DNA of 40,313 bases from a virus (Duplodnaviria; Caudoviricetes): IMG/VR virus record IMGVR_UViG_3300032243_000724, positions 1 to 40,313 of that record. One strand, written 5' to 3'. Below are positions 9,742-20,220 of this stretch, in pieces. The notes beneath the pieces were generated by a model. The model was not told the DNA's origin and made no database searches. It was given only the letters and a program-made list of their open reading frames with translations. Made by a program: the position numbers and the translations under genes. Each line of letters begins with the position of its first letter. Within the stretch, counting starts at the first letter, position 1.

Positions 9742-10227
9742 ATGGCAGTATTAGACGCAAATGAGATAATGTTTACCGCTTTTGAACCAAAAGTTCAAAA
9801 CCGTTTCATTATGTATATAGATGGTATCCCCGCATACTTGATTAAGAAAGCTAGCGCTCCTGGCTTTGATGCTGGAGAAATCATATTAGATCATATTAAC
9901 GTTTACCGTAAAGTAAAAGGTAAAGTAAAATGGAATGATATGACTTTAGAATTATATGATCCCGTAACTCCAAGTGGTGCACAAGCCGTAATGGAATGGG
10001 CTCGTTTGGCTCACGAATCAGTAACAGGTCGTGATGGGTATTCTGATTTCTATAAAAAAGACTTAACATTAGATATTTTAGGTCCAGTAGGCGATATCAT
10101 AGGCGAATGGATTGTAAAAGGTGCTTATGTAAAAACAGCTACTTTTGGTGATTACGATTGGTCTAGTGAAGCAGCAGTTAACTTATCAGTTACAGTTGCT
10201 ATGGATTATTGCGTATTGAACTTCTAA
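9742..10227 (+). CDS. Tail tube protein (T4 gp19-like)
   Basis: Follows the sheath; FEPK..NRF, W.DMTL.LYDP, VMEW, YKKD..L..LGPVGD...EW..KGA. Confidence 0.9.
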   Translation: MAVLDANEIMFTAFEPKVQNRFIMYIDGIPAYLIKKASAPGFDAGEIILDHINVYRKVKGKVKWNDMTLELYDPVTPSGAQAVMEWARLAHESVTGRDGYSDFYKKDLTLDILGPVGDIIGEWIVKGAYVKTATFGDYDWSSEAAVNLSVTVAMDYCVLNF

Positions 10228-10248
10228 AATATACAAAATAATATTAGA

Positions 10249-10283
10249 AAAGCGTTAGCCTATTTGGTTAACGCTTTCTTTTT
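10249..10283 (+). terminator. Intrinsic terminator after the tail tube gene
   Basis: Stem AAAGCGTTAGCC / GGTTAACGCTTT followed by a T-tract. Confidence 0.75.
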
Positions 10284-10319
10284 GCATATATTTATATATA
10301 CAACAAATAAAAACGTTAT

Positions 10320-11063
10320 ATGGCAGAATTTAAAATTCCAACCGAACAAGTTACATTACCTTCAAAAGGTTTATTGTATCCTAAAGAATCACCACTTTCT
10401 AAAGGTGAAATTGAAATGCGTTACATGACGGCGGCTCATGAAGATATTCTTACTAATGCTAACTATCTTAGAAATGGTACAGTAATTGATAAATTGCTAC
10501 AAGCACTTATTGTTACTGATATTAATTACAATGATTTATTAGTTGGTGATAAAAATGCAATATTAATTGCTGCTCGTATTTTAGGATATGGTAAAGATTA
10601 TACCATTACATATGGTGGTAAAGAAGTTGTTGTTGATTTAACACAATTAACTGAAAAAGCAGTTGATGAATCTTTATTTAAAGCAGGCATAAATGAATTT
10701 ACATTTACATTACCAAAATCAGAAAATGTAGTTACATTTAAGATTTTAACACACGGTGATGAACAAAAAATTGATGCTGAGATTAAAGGCTTACAAAAAA
10801 TCAACCCAAATAGCTCAACAGATTTAACTACAAGAATGAAATACATGATCACTTCAGTTAATGGTGATCGTGATATTAAATCAATTCGTAATTTTGTTGA
10901 TAATGCATTATTAGCACCTGATGCTAGAGCATTACGTAAATATTATATTGAAGTATCACCAGATGTTAACATGAAATTTATCCCACAAGATGAAGACTAT
11001 ACAGGGGAGGGTATAGATCTTCCTATTTCACTTAACTTTTTTTGGCCTGACTCAGGAATATAG
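10320..11063 (+). CDS. Tail/baseplate-hub assembly chaperone (T4 gp26-like / gpG-like)
   Basis: Lies between tube and tape measure; LPSKG..Y, MTA.HEDIL, DLLVGD.NAILIAARI.GYG; ends NFFWPD. Confidence 0.75.
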   Translation: MAEFKIPTEQVTLPSKGLLYPKESPLSKGEIEMRYMTAAHEDILTNANYLRNGTVIDKLLQALIVTDINYNDLLVGDKNAILIAARILGYGKDYTITYGGKEVVVDLTQLTEKAVDESLFKAGINEFTFTLPKSENVVTFKILTHGDEQKIDAEIKGLQKINPNSSTDLTTRMKYMITSVNGDRDIKSIRNFVDNALLAPDARALRKYYIEVSPDVNMKFIPQDEDYTGEGIDLPISLNFFWPDSGI

Positions 11064-11316
11064 ATTATTTTTATTTAAACAAATACACGAAATTGTATTT
11101 AATGGACAGGGCGGTTATGATTGGAATACTATATATAATATGCCTATTTGGTTACGTAAATTTACTTTTGAAACATTAAAAGAACATTACGAAAAACAAA
11201 AAGAGGAAATGGATAAGCAAAACAATATGCTTAAAAATAAAAGTAGTAAAGATATACCACGCCCAGACATAGCTCCAAAACAACCGACATATACAACGAA
11301 AGCGCCTAAAAAATAG
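11038..11316 (+). CDS. Unlisted ORF: probable frameshift extension of the tail chaperone (gp51/gpT-like)
   Basis: The +1 frame is open from 11017 to 11316 and reads FFGLTQEYRLFLFKQIHEIVFNGQGGYDWNTIYNMPIWLRKF...KAPKK*. Its first ATG is only at 11140. It overlaps the T7 run at 11037-11043. Confidence 0.7.
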   Translation, partial: FFGLTQEYRLFLFKQIHEIVFNGQGGYDWNTIYNMPIWLRKFTFETLKEHYEKQKEEMDKQNNMLKNKSSKDIPRPDIAPKQPTYTTKAPKK

Positions 11317-11324
11317 GCGCTTTT
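11299..11324 (+). terminator. Intrinsic terminator-like hairpin overlapping the stop codon at 11314-11316
   Basis: AAAGCGCCTA-aaaaa-TAGGCGCTTT then T. Confidence 0.7.
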
Positions 11325-11337
11325 AATATTTATATCC

Positions 11338-13761
11338 ATGCGACTTAACTTTAATCCACGTTTATTTTATGCACCTACTGATGGTAGTGCTGCTGCTCCC
11401 TCTCCTGATGATATAGCTCGTGCAAAAGAATTAGCGGCTATATTAAATAGAACGGGTTATGATATAGATAATTTAGCTAAAAATGCTAAAGTATTTTATG
11501 AACTTTTAAGTAAATGGGAAGAAGAAGCTGCTAAGGCTGAAAATGGTTTTGATTCATTGTCTAAAACACTTATAAATATAGTTAGAGATTTAAATAAAGG
11601 TTCTTCAATATCTAGAGACATTAATAAATCTTTTGGTAAATTAGATTCTTTAGTTAAAACTTTATCTTATGATCAAAAAGGTATAACAGAATTAAATTTA
11701 AAAGATTTAAAAAATAATAAAACCAAAATTAATATTGAGATTGATAGATTAAAAAATCTAAAAGAAGAACTATTAAATAAATCAAAATCAGAAGAACTAT
11801 CAGAAAGTGAAATTGAAAAATTAAATGAATTAAATGGTTTATTTGATATACAAGGTAAGTTAACAGGTGATGTAGGAGATTATTTATCAAAAACTATCAA
11901 AGCAACTGATGAAAGAATAGAGCAAGAAAAAAAAATACAAAAAACATTAGGTTTAACAGGAGCCGCTGTTAACGGAATAGTAAACGGTTTAGGTAAACTA
12001 GGAATTAGTAGTGTATTTTTTGAGGATTTAAAGGATAATATGAGAGAAGCTGCTAAAAGCGGTAATTCTTTTAAAGTGATGTTAACGGCCGCTAGTGGTT
12101 TAGCTAAAGGAATAGGACAAGCTATTACTGATCCTCTTACTGTAATGACTTTTTTAATTAGTCAAGGATTAAAAGCAAATAAACAAGTAACTGATTTAGG
12201 AAAAGCTTTAGGTGTTAGTTATAGCGAGGCAAATAAATTAAGACAAGAGTTTGTATTATACTCTAGAGCTACTAACGATAGTTTTGTTACTACAGATAGA
12301 CTAATAAAAGCACAATCTGAATTATCTGATCAATTAGGTATTGCTGTTAAATTTAGTAATGAGGAACTAGCTACTTTTTCTAAACTAACAGAAATAGTAG
12401 GTTTATCAGCTCAAGAAGCAGGTAAATTAACCTCATTTTCAGCAGCAGCTGGAGTAAGTGCTACTGAATACGTAAAACAAATTCGTGCATCTTCTTTTGC
12501 AGCTCAACAAGCTAACAAAGTTCACTTTAGCGACAAACAAGTATTACAAGATATAGCTGGATTAAGTTCAGGTATATTAGTTAAATTTCAAAACAATCCT
12601 AAAGCAATAGCGGCAGCAGTAGTACAAGCTAAAGCATTAGGTCTTACTTTACAACAAGTAGATAAAGTTGGTGATTCATTATTAAATTGGGAATCATCAA
12701 TTGAAAATCAGTTAAAAGCACAATTATTAACTGGTAAACAACTAAATTTAGAAAAAGCTCGTTATTTAGCATTAACAGGATCACAAGCAGAATTATCTCA
12801 AGAAATTTCTAAACAAGCAGGTTCATTAGCTGATTTCCAAAACATGAATGTTATTGCTCAAAAATCATTAGCTGAAGCTTTTGGTATGAGTAGAGATGAA
12901 TTAGCTGATATGTTAATGAAACAAGAAGCTATTAACAAATATGGTAGTGAAGCAAATAAATTAAATGCTCAACAACTTAAAGATTTTGAAAAATCAGGTT
13001 TATCATTAGATGTATATCTAAAAAAACAAGCAGAACAACTATCTGCTCAAGAAAACTTTAATAATGCTATATTAAAATTACAAGACTTATTAGCAGGTAT
13101 AGTATCAGGTCCTATAGGACAATTAGTTGGTGGGTTTGCTCAATTAGTAAACCATGCTTTAGTTTTAAAACCAATAATAGGAGCAATAGCAGGTTTAGTT
13201 GCAGGTAAAATGGTAATGGGGATTTGGGATTTTGGAAAAGGAATTGTATCTGCTCTTCCAAAATTAGCAACTATGGTTGGGTTGTCATCAGCAAAAGCTG
13301 TAGCTGAAATTACAGCAGCTGAAGCTATAACATTTGGTTTAGCTACTATTGGGATTGTAGCAGGTATAGCGTCGGCTGTAGCAGCAATGAATAGTGCTAA
13401 AAGTGAGGCAAGTAATACTCAAAATGTTAGTGATGGTATAGCACCTTCAAGTAAAGGTCCATTTACAATAACTGATAAATTTGGAGCAACAGCAGTAACA
13501 ACTGTAGGAGATGGATTAGCAGTATCACCTAATATCAATAGAGATTCTATTAGTAGACCAATGCAACCATCATTTAATACATCAGCTATTACAGATGCAA
13601 TATCTGCGCTTAGTAATACTGTAAACGGTTTAATTAATAGACCACAACCAACGCCACAATTCGCACTACATGTTGACGGTAGACAATTAGGTACAGTTGT
13701 AGGTCAACAAATGGAAACAGGTACCGCGCAATATATATACACAGGTTATCGAATGGCATAA
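11338..13761 (+). CDS. Tape measure protein
   Basis: Long helical Ala/Leu/Lys/Gln-rich ORF after the tail chaperone; hydrophobic Gly/Ala segments; C-terminal LHVDGRQLG. Confidence 0.82.
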   Translation: MRLNFNPRLFYAPTDGSAAAPSPDDIARAKELAAILNRTGYDIDNLAKNAKVFYELLSKWEEEAAKAENGFDSLSKTLINIVRDLNKGSSISRDINKSFGKLDSLVKTLSYDQKGITELNLKDLKNNKTKINIEIDRLKNLKEELLNKSKSEELSESEIEKLNELNGLFDIQGKLTGDVGDYLSKTIKATDERIEQEKKIQKTLGLTGAAVNGIVNGLGKLGISSVFFEDLKDNMREAAKSGNSFKVMLTAASGLAKGIGQAITDPLTVMTFLISQGLKANKQVTDLGKALGVSYSEANKLRQEFVLYSRATNDSFVTTDRLIKAQSELSDQLGIAVKFSNEELATFSKLTEIVGLSAQEAGKLTSFSAAAGVSATEYVKQIRASSFAAQQANKVHFSDKQVLQDIAGLSSGILVKFQNNPKAIAAAVVQAKALGLTLQQVDKVGDSLLNWESSIENQLKAQLLTGKQLNLEKARYLALTGSQAELSQEISKQAGSLADFQNMNVIAQKSLAEAFGMSRDELADMLMKQEAINKYGSEANKLNAQQLKDFEKSGLSLDVYLKKQAEQLSAQENFNNAILKLQDLLAGIVSGPIGQLVGGFAQLVNHALVLKPIIGAIAGLVAGKMVMGIWDFGKGIVSALPKLATMVGLSSAKAVAEITAAEAITFGLATIGIVAGIASAVAAMNSAKSEASNTQNVSDGIAPSSKGPFTITDKFGATAVTTVGDGLAVSPNINRDSISRPMQPSFNTSAITDAISALSNTVNGLINRPQPTPQFALHVDGRQLGTVVGQQMETGTAQYIYTGYRMA

Positions 13762-13792
13762 CAATTAAATATTTATATAAAACAATAATACA

Positions 13793-14050
13793 ATGGCAAC
13801 AAAAGGAATTTTATCGAATCTAAAAAACATGGCTTTAAGCCTTAAAGGTAGCAAACCAGCTACATTTGGTGTTGACCCAACTCCTCCAGCTTCATTACAC
13901 AACACTTACTCAACAACAGGTACACCTAATGTTAAGTGGAATACTAATGGACTTAAAGGAATGAAACCAGCTCCATCAAAGTTAGACGATTTAAAAAGCA
14001 AATACAAACCAGGGCAAGGATCATACCTTAACACACCACCAAGCAAATAG
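13793..14050 (+). CDS. Hypothetical basic Pro-rich protein, probably virion-associated
   Basis: Has its own ATATTTAT motif upstream and an A-rich leader. Confidence 0.6.
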   Translation: MATKGILSNLKNMALSLKGSKPATFGVDPTPPASLHNTYSTTGTPNVKWNTNGLKGMKPAPSKLDDLKSKYKPGQGSYLNTPPSK

Positions 14051-14054
14051 TTAA

Positions 14055-15824
14055 ATGATTGGTTCAAAACTAGTAAACTTAAAAACGGATCTTAAGTCCC
14101 TTAAATATGGACATGACCGTCAAGGGAATGGAGATAGTGGTCAACCATACATCACTGCGCCTATTCCTAACAGGCTATCTACTAGTCCTTCTGATGATGG
14201 GTATATTAGAGGTGGATGGACTTTAGCCACTAAATCATCTAATAATGATAAATTAAGAATAAGTAAATTCTTTAATGATAAACCTAAAGGACCTTTATTT
14301 ATTTCTCGTCAAATTGGATTACAATTAACTAATCCAAAACTTGAAACTAGACAAGTAAATTTAACTGGATTTGGATTATTAGGAGATTTACTAACATTAG
14401 GATTTAATGCTTTTAATCAATTAACTCCAGGCCCTACTCGTTTATATAATAGCGGAGCTAACACATTAGCACAAATACCAGTAACCGCATTTGGCACTCA
14501 CTTTGAGCGTCATGGTTTATCAACTGTACAAGATGATAATACTAAGTATTTAGCAGTTGCTTATAACAATAATAAAAACGGTAATAATAGATTACTTGCT
14601 TTAAAAAAGAAATTAATTAAACCAGGCATTAGTGATCCTAGAAGTGGAAATGTTATTTTAGGTACTGCAAATGCTATTTTAGGTGCTGTAAATGTATTTA
14701 ATACATTGATAGGTAGAGGTACAAACCCATTATTACCAAATTCCCCATTACTACAACCCCCTGATTTAATTATAGATCAATATAGTGGAGGTCCTAACTC
14801 AAAATATGGTGTTGGATTAACAACTATTAGACGTTTTGATGTAACAAGTAATGGTTTTAACACAAAACCAGTTCAAGAAAGATCAGCACCTGGGGTTCCT
14901 ATAATTAATTATGATAGTACAACAGGTGTATCTGACCAATGGTCTAGAGCTGCTGGTGAGTTATCTCCTTTAGTAAAACGTAGATTAACACATTTAGATA
15001 ATAATAGACCTACACAAGCGCCTGATTATTTAGCTCAAACAGCTATTAAATATCCTTCTCCAATAGCTAAAGATTATCAAGCTGTTAGAGATATAAGCAA
15101 TAATTTTGAAACTACTCAAAAATATGATGTTCAAGGTATTTTACAAATAAAATCATCTAACAACCCTAATTTTAGTTCTTATTTTTCTAAAAAAAATCAA
15201 TTTGACCTAGCAAATAGAGTTGATGCAGATTTAATGACTATATCTTTTCAAGCAATTAATCCATTTGGAGACGTAACATCAGGATATCACTTTCACTTTC
15301 CAGCGTATATTAAAGGATTTAAAGATAATTTTGATGCAACTTGGAATGAATATAATTATGTAGGAAGATCAGAAAGTTTTTACACATATAGTAAATTTAA
15401 ACGTAATGTAAGTTTTAATTTTGATATACCTTGCTTTAATAAAACTCAATTATATGAAAAACATAGAGCATTAGGCCAATTAGCATCTACTACAGCAGGT
15501 GCTTATAATACTAATGGCTTATTAGGTGGTGTTTTATTAAAAGTTAAAGTAGGTGGTTACTTAAATAATGAATATGCTATATTAAATAGCATTAGCTACG
15601 ATATACCAGATGATTCATCTTGGGATTTAGATGGAACCGGTAATACTTCAGATAAAAGTATTAATAATAGAAACCAATTAGCAATGTATCTTAAAGTAAA
15701 TGTTAGTTTAACTATTATTCATACAAAACTACCTCAATATCAAGTTCCTGAAAATGTAACAAATGCAGGGTTCTTTGGTCATTTACCTAACCCAATAGCA
15801 AAAGGATACTTACCTGCTCAATAA
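14055..15824 (+). CDS. Putative baseplate/tail-tube initiator protein
   Basis: C-terminal FPAYI..F.D.F.A.W....YVGRSE.FYTY..F.R.VSF.F resembles tube-initiator (gp48/gp54-like) domains; located before the LysM gene. Confidence 0.6.
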   Translation: MIGSKLVNLKTDLKSLKYGHDRQGNGDSGQPYITAPIPNRLSTSPSDDGYIRGGWTLATKSSNNDKLRISKFFNDKPKGPLFISRQIGLQLTNPKLETRQVNLTGFGLLGDLLTLGFNAFNQLTPGPTRLYNSGANTLAQIPVTAFGTHFERHGLSTVQDDNTKYLAVAYNNNKNGNNRLLALKKKLIKPGISDPRSGNVILGTANAILGAVNVFNTLIGRGTNPLLPNSPLLQPPDLIIDQYSGGPNSKYGVGLTTIRRFDVTSNGFNTKPVQERSAPGVPIINYDSTTGVSDQWSRAAGELSPLVKRRLTHLDNNRPTQAPDYLAQTAIKYPSPIAKDYQAVRDISNNFETTQKYDVQGILQIKSSNNPNFSSYFSKKNQFDLANRVDADLMTISFQAINPFGDVTSGYHFHFPAYIKGFKDNFDATWNEYNYVGRSESFYTYSKFKRNVSFNFDIPCFNKTQLYEKHRALGQLASTTAGAYNTNGLLGGVLLKVKVGGYLNNEYAILNSISYDIPDDSSWDLDGTGNTSDKSINNRNQLAMYLKVNVSLTIIHTKLPQYQVPENVTNAGFFGHLPNPIAKGYLPAQ

Positions 15825-15832
15825 TTAATTAT

Positions 15833-16138
15833 ATGAATCGCTACGATAATCCAACTATAGAAATAACATCAACGGGTAAACAATTTTTAAAACAAAAATA
15901 TTATCCAAACATACCATTGTCTGAAACAGATGAGTATGTTATTACAACTATAGGAGATAGACTTGATTCTTTAGCTTATTCTTATTACCGTGATAGTACC
16001 TTATGGTGGATAATTTCTATGGCTAACAATAACGTTACCAAAGGATCATTATTCCCTCAACCAGGTACACAATTACGTATACCAACAAATTTAAACGCTG
16101 TTTTATCATTATATAACCAATATAATATAACCAGATAA
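15833..16138 (+). CDS. LysM-domain baseplate protein (gp53/gpX-like)
   Basis: GDRLDSLAYSYY.DS.LWWII..AN...G.QLRIP. Confidence 0.85.
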   Translation: MNRYDNPTIEITSTGKQFLKQKYYPNIPLSETDEYVITTIGDRLDSLAYSYYRDSTLWWIISMANNNVTKGSLFPQPGTQLRIPTNLNAVLSLYNQYNITR

Positions 16139-16142
16139 TGTT

Positions 16143-19100
16143 ATGTCAATATTTCGCGAAACATTTACCCCCGAAGTCAAAGGCCAATTAAGAGCTAGAC
16201 AAAACGCTACTCAAAGAAAAAAACCTACTGACATTATATACCAGAATTCTCGTAATTCCTGGGTAAGAATGACCTCTAGTGTTAATGTAAAAGGTAATAG
16301 TAATTTAGCTAATCAATATATTTTACAAGGTGGTACTTTAATTAATGGAGTTTTAGGCCAAATGTTAAGATCAGGAGTTAGTAATCAAGCCAATACTTAT
16401 AGCAATACCTCTCCTTCAGGTAATTCATATAATACATCTGCTAGAGCAGGTACAGCAGGTCTTAAACCAATGCCTGGTATTAAATCTGTAGATATTAAAT
16501 CTAAAACAGCATATGGTTCATTAAGAGAAGTAACAGTAAACTTTGTTGCTAATAACCAACAACAACTAGAAGATTTAGAATTATTATACATGCGCCCAGG
16601 ATATACTGTATTAATAGAATGGGGTTGGGCTCCTTATTTAAATAATAAAGGTGAGATTAGTAATGAAATTCCATTTTATGACAAAGTATTAAAGGGGGGT
16701 GTATCAAGAGATCAAGTATTTTCTGATTTATTTACATTATCAAGAACTCATTTTGGCAATTATGATGCAATGTTTGGTTATGTTAAGAATTATAGTTGGA
16801 CAGCTAGAATGGATGGTGGTTATGATTGTACAACAACAGTTATATCAATTGGAGAAATACTAGAATCATTAAAAGTAGGTTGGTTGTCTCCAAACATGTC
16901 TGATATAATAGCTAAAGGAGGATTACTTAAACCAATATCACCTCTCTCAGTATCGCCAAATGGAGCTTTTTTAATAGATTTTTTATCTAAAGCATATGCA
17001 CAAAACACTTTAGCAGGTTTATGTTATGAATTATATAACGTTTGTAGTTCCCAACAACCTAAAACACCAATATTTCCTAAATTATCTACACTTAATACAA
17101 ATAATGTAGTTTTAGAGAATGGGGTAATAGGTATAGGATTTACTCCTGAAATTACTACTAGTTCTCAATATGATTTATTTGCTTTTCCCTATATGACAAG
17201 TCCTATTGATAATTCTCTTGTTTCTTCTGGTATACAAGCATACATTACTTTAGATTCTTTTGTTAAAATATTAAATAAATATATTTTATTATATGCTGGT
17301 AATGATCTAACTAGTACAAAACCTTTTATAGAAATATCAGTTAAACCTAATTTGTACTACACAGGTAGTCTACCAACAGATGAACAAGATTCATTATTAT
17401 GTTTAGCTCACCCCTTACAAGTATCAGTTGATCCAACTGTATGCTTAATTACTAACCCCTTATGGGCTAAAGGATTTGATACATCTGGACTTGATGATGG
17501 TGCTAACAATGTTCCAACTTTCTTTGATAATGCTGCTTTAAATGTATATGATACAATTAACAAAACATCCTTTTTAGGTAGTGTAGATATATCAAATCAA
17601 AAAAATATAATAAAAAATTATATAATTTCAAGAGTACTTAATACAAGTGATGCTAAAGAATTTGTAAGAGCTTTTACAAAACATGTCATAGATGTAGAAC
17701 ACTTATATCCTCAATATATATTTGAAATATTAAATAAAATATCTAATGGGGCTCAACAACTAGTAACAGAAGGAACATTAAGTCAAGATATATATGATGT
17801 ATTATTCACTATTAATACAACTACAACAGTTGTTGCTGAAGACGCTGCTAAAAAAGCAATTGCGGATAAAATATCTAAAGGTGAAAATCCATTTGGAATA
17901 GATTACTTAAATGATCTTCAAAAAGGTGGTAAACAATTTGATTTTAAAGATGAACTTGGAAAAATAAGTAATATATATCTTAATTTAGATATGTTATATA
18001 GATTAGCTGTTGATCCCAGTTTACATGATAAAAATGAATTAAAATTATATCATTACCTTAAAAAAGTATTATATGAAGTACAAATTTCTATTGGTAGTGT
18101 TAATAACTTTGATATACACGTAGATCCTATAGATAATGTTGCTAGAATAATTGACCTTAATTACATTGACACAACTGCTAGAGATGCAATAAATGATCCT
18201 TCAAAAGACAAAATATTTCAAATAGAAATGTCTAATACCTCTGGATCTGTAAGATCATATAATTTACAATCACAAATATTTCCTGAACAAGGAAATATGA
18301 TAGCAATAGGAGCTCAAGTTAGTAGTGCTAATAACCAAGCTACATCAGCAAATACATTACTTGATTTTAATAATAATTTAGAAGACAGAATTATACCTAA
18401 AAAAATTAATCCACCTGCAAGTACATCTCCTACCACTGGATCTTTAGTAACTAATTTAGTAGATAGTTTTAACAAAATTAAACAATTCCTAATACCAAAT
18501 ACTACCAAAATAAAACAAGCAAATGGTACTGAAACAATAATATATCCTTCCACTTCAGAATATAAAACTTCCTTAAAAGATATAATTTCTTATTTCCAAA
18601 CTAATTTTTATTCAAATACTAAAAATAGATCTATTATACCTGTAAAAATATCTCTTACAATGGATGGTATTGGGGGATTAATAATAGGACATCTATTTAA
18701 ATTACCACCAGATTTACTACCCAAAGGGTATAAAAGCGATACAGTAGGTGGCAAATTAGTACAAATTGTAGTTGGTCTTGGACATAAAATTGAAAATGGA
18801 GATTGGACTACTACTATTGATGCTTACAATATAGTAACAAACAATCCTACAGGACCAAAACAAAATTTTAAAGATTTTATAGTAATAGATCCTAAAACAG
18901 GTCAACAACTAATTACTGCAACTCCTAATGCAATTGCTGGATCTTCAAAAGATAATACTGATGTTGCTGTTAAATTTTTCTTAAACCAAGGATATAGCAA
19001 AGAATTTGTAGCTGCTTTAGTAGGTTCATTCCTTCAAGAATCAAGTATGAATCCTAAATCAATTAATTTTAATTCATCTTTACCTTATAATAATAGCGAA

Positions 19101-19529
19101 CAAACATATGCTGCTGGTATTGCTCAATGGGTTGGTCCTAGAAGAGTTAATATACTACAGTATGCTAAATCTAGTGGGGTTAATGTTCCTAGATATGAAG
19201 ATGCTATAAAAATAGTTAATAACGCTACTAAAACAACTGATTCTTTAAATGTATTACAAGCATCCTTTAATAATATCCCTTTACAAACACAACTAAGTTT
19301 TGTTAACCAAGAATTATCAACATACTCAGGATTTTCAAGTATTAAAAATACTACTGATATAGAAGCCGCTAATAAATGGGTTTATGAAAAATATGAGGGT
19401 GGAAATTATTCAGCAGGTGCTGCTTTTGGTGGGAGAGGAGGATATGCTCAAACTATATTTCAAAATATAAAGAGTGGGAAATATGCACAAGCTCCACTTA
19501 CTACTAATTTAAACACTTTTACTCAATAA
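16143..19529 (+). CDS. Baseplate hub protein with C-terminal phage tail lysozyme-like domain
   Basis: MPGIKSV, GSLRE..V.F, LYMRPGYTVLIEWGW, SLTMDGIGG hub-like blocks; C-terminal AALVGSFLQESSMNP...GIAQWVGPRR...QL.FV..EL. Confidence 0.72.
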   Translation: MSIFRETFTPEVKGQLRARQNATQRKKPTDIIYQNSRNSWVRMTSSVNVKGNSNLANQYILQGGTLINGVLGQMLRSGVSNQANTYSNTSPSGNSYNTSARAGTAGLKPMPGIKSVDIKSKTAYGSLREVTVNFVANNQQQLEDLELLYMRPGYTVLIEWGWAPYLNNKGEISNEIPFYDKVLKGGVSRDQVFSDLFTLSRTHFGNYDAMFGYVKNYSWTARMDGGYDCTTTVISIGEILESLKVGWLSPNMSDIIAKGGLLKPISPLSVSPNGAFLIDFLSKAYAQNTLAGLCYELYNVCSSQQPKTPIFPKLSTLNTNNVVLENGVIGIGFTPEITTSSQYDLFAFPYMTSPIDNSLVSSGIQAYITLDSFVKILNKYILLYAGNDLTSTKPFIEISVKPNLYYTGSLPTDEQDSLLCLAHPLQVSVDPTVCLITNPLWAKGFDTSGLDDGANNVPTFFDNAALNVYDTINKTSFLGSVDISNQKNIIKNYIISRVLNTSDAKEFVRAFTKHVIDVEHLYPQYIFEILNKISNGAQQLVTEGTLSQDIYDVLFTINTTTTVVAEDAAKKAIADKISKGENPFGIDYLNDLQKGGKQFDFKDELGKISNIYLNLDMLYRLAVDPSLHDKNELKLYHYLKKVLYEVQISIGSVNNFDIHVDPIDNVARIIDLNYIDTTARDAINDPSKDKIFQIEMSNTSGSVRSYNLQSQIFPEQGNMIAIGAQVSSANNQATSANTLLDFNNNLEDRIIPKKINPPASTSPTTGSLVTNLVDSFNKIKQFLIPNTTKIKQANGTETIIYPSTSEYKTSLKDIISYFQTNFYSNTKNRSIIPVKISLTMDGIGGLIIGHLFKLPPDLLPKGYKSDTVGGKLVQIVVGLGHKIENGDWTTTIDAYNIVTNNPTGPKQNFKDFIVIDPKTGQQLITATPNAIAGSSKDNTDVAVKFFLNQGYSKEFVAALVGSFLQESSMNPKSINFNSSLPYNNSEQTYAAGIAQWVGPRRVNILQYAKSSGVNVPRYEDAIKIVNNATKTTDSLNVLQASFNNIPLQTQLSFVNQELSTYSGFSSIKNTTDIEAANKWVYEKYEGGNYSAGAAFGGRGGYAQTIFQNIKSGKYAQAPLTTNLNTFTQ

Positions 19530-19546
19530 ATTATTACCTTTTTAAT

Positions 19547-20191
19547 ATGAGAATACCAGCAAGTAAAATAGTAACAGGATCTTATACCACTAATGGTGAT
19601 TATGTTTATAAAAGTTCAAAAAACATTTATAAAGGATATTACTATAGCATTTATGGTAAATCTTATGTAGGTAAAACTTATGACCCTACTGTAGATGCTA
19701 AAGAAATAGTATCTGCTAAAAAGGTAACTTATACTTCAAAAGATTTCTTATATGATGTATTAGCAGGTGTTAAACAAGGGTCTGCAACACCAATAAATCT
19801 AGCTCCTGTTAAAAATAAAGCCGCTGTATTATCATCAATACAACAAGCAAATCAACAAGGGTTTACTCCTGTTATAGGAGTTAATCCTGATGCTGATATT
19901 AATTCTTTAAATGCTGCTTCAAGTGTACAAGTAGATGCATCTACCGTAACAACAAAGAAAAGATATTTCTTTAGAGTATTAATTGCATTAAAACCTACAG
20001 AGTTATACAAATTTGGAGAAGTAAAGGATGAAGAACAATTTAATGCCTTAACAAAAAAGCCAAACCATACAACTGCTGCTATAACACAAACACAAATACC
20101 AGGAGAAGATCCTGTATTTAACGACCCTGAACTAAATGCCGCTGAAAAAAAGATGCCTGGTTTAAAGCAATTTTTGGGAATCACAGAATAA
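19547..20191 (+). CDS. Hypothetical protein (end of the structural module)
   Basis: 214-aa ORF with a Tyr/Gly-rich N-terminus (YTTNGDYV...YKGYYY). Confidence 0.6.
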   Translation: MRIPASKIVTGSYTTNGDYVYKSSKNIYKGYYYSIYGKSYVGKTYDPTVDAKEIVSAKKVTYTSKDFLYDVLAGVKQGSATPINLAPVKNKAAVLSSIQQANQQGFTPVIGVNPDADINSLNAASSVQVDASTVTTKKRYFFRVLIALKPTELYKFGEVKDEEQFNALTKKPNHTTAAITQTQIPGEDPVFNDPELNAAEKKMPGLKQFLGITE

Positions 20192-20204
20192 GATATTATC
20201 TTTA
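20173..20204 (+). promoter_or_regulatory. Bacteroidota-type promoter-like element
   Basis: TTTG (20173-20176) - 20 nt - TATCTTTA (20197-20204). Confidence 0.6.
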
Positions 20205-20220
20205 GGATAATAAAAAGGTT

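Noticed and set aside
11031-11050. Canonical -1 frameshift at the tail chaperone
   Set aside because: The -1 frame reaches TGA two codons after the T-run; only the +1/-2 frame is open.
7965-19529. Bacterial contractile injection system or tailocin instead of a phage
   Set aside because: The tail genes are contiguous with a full phage-type replisome and a DNA-modification cluster, with no cellular housekeeping context.
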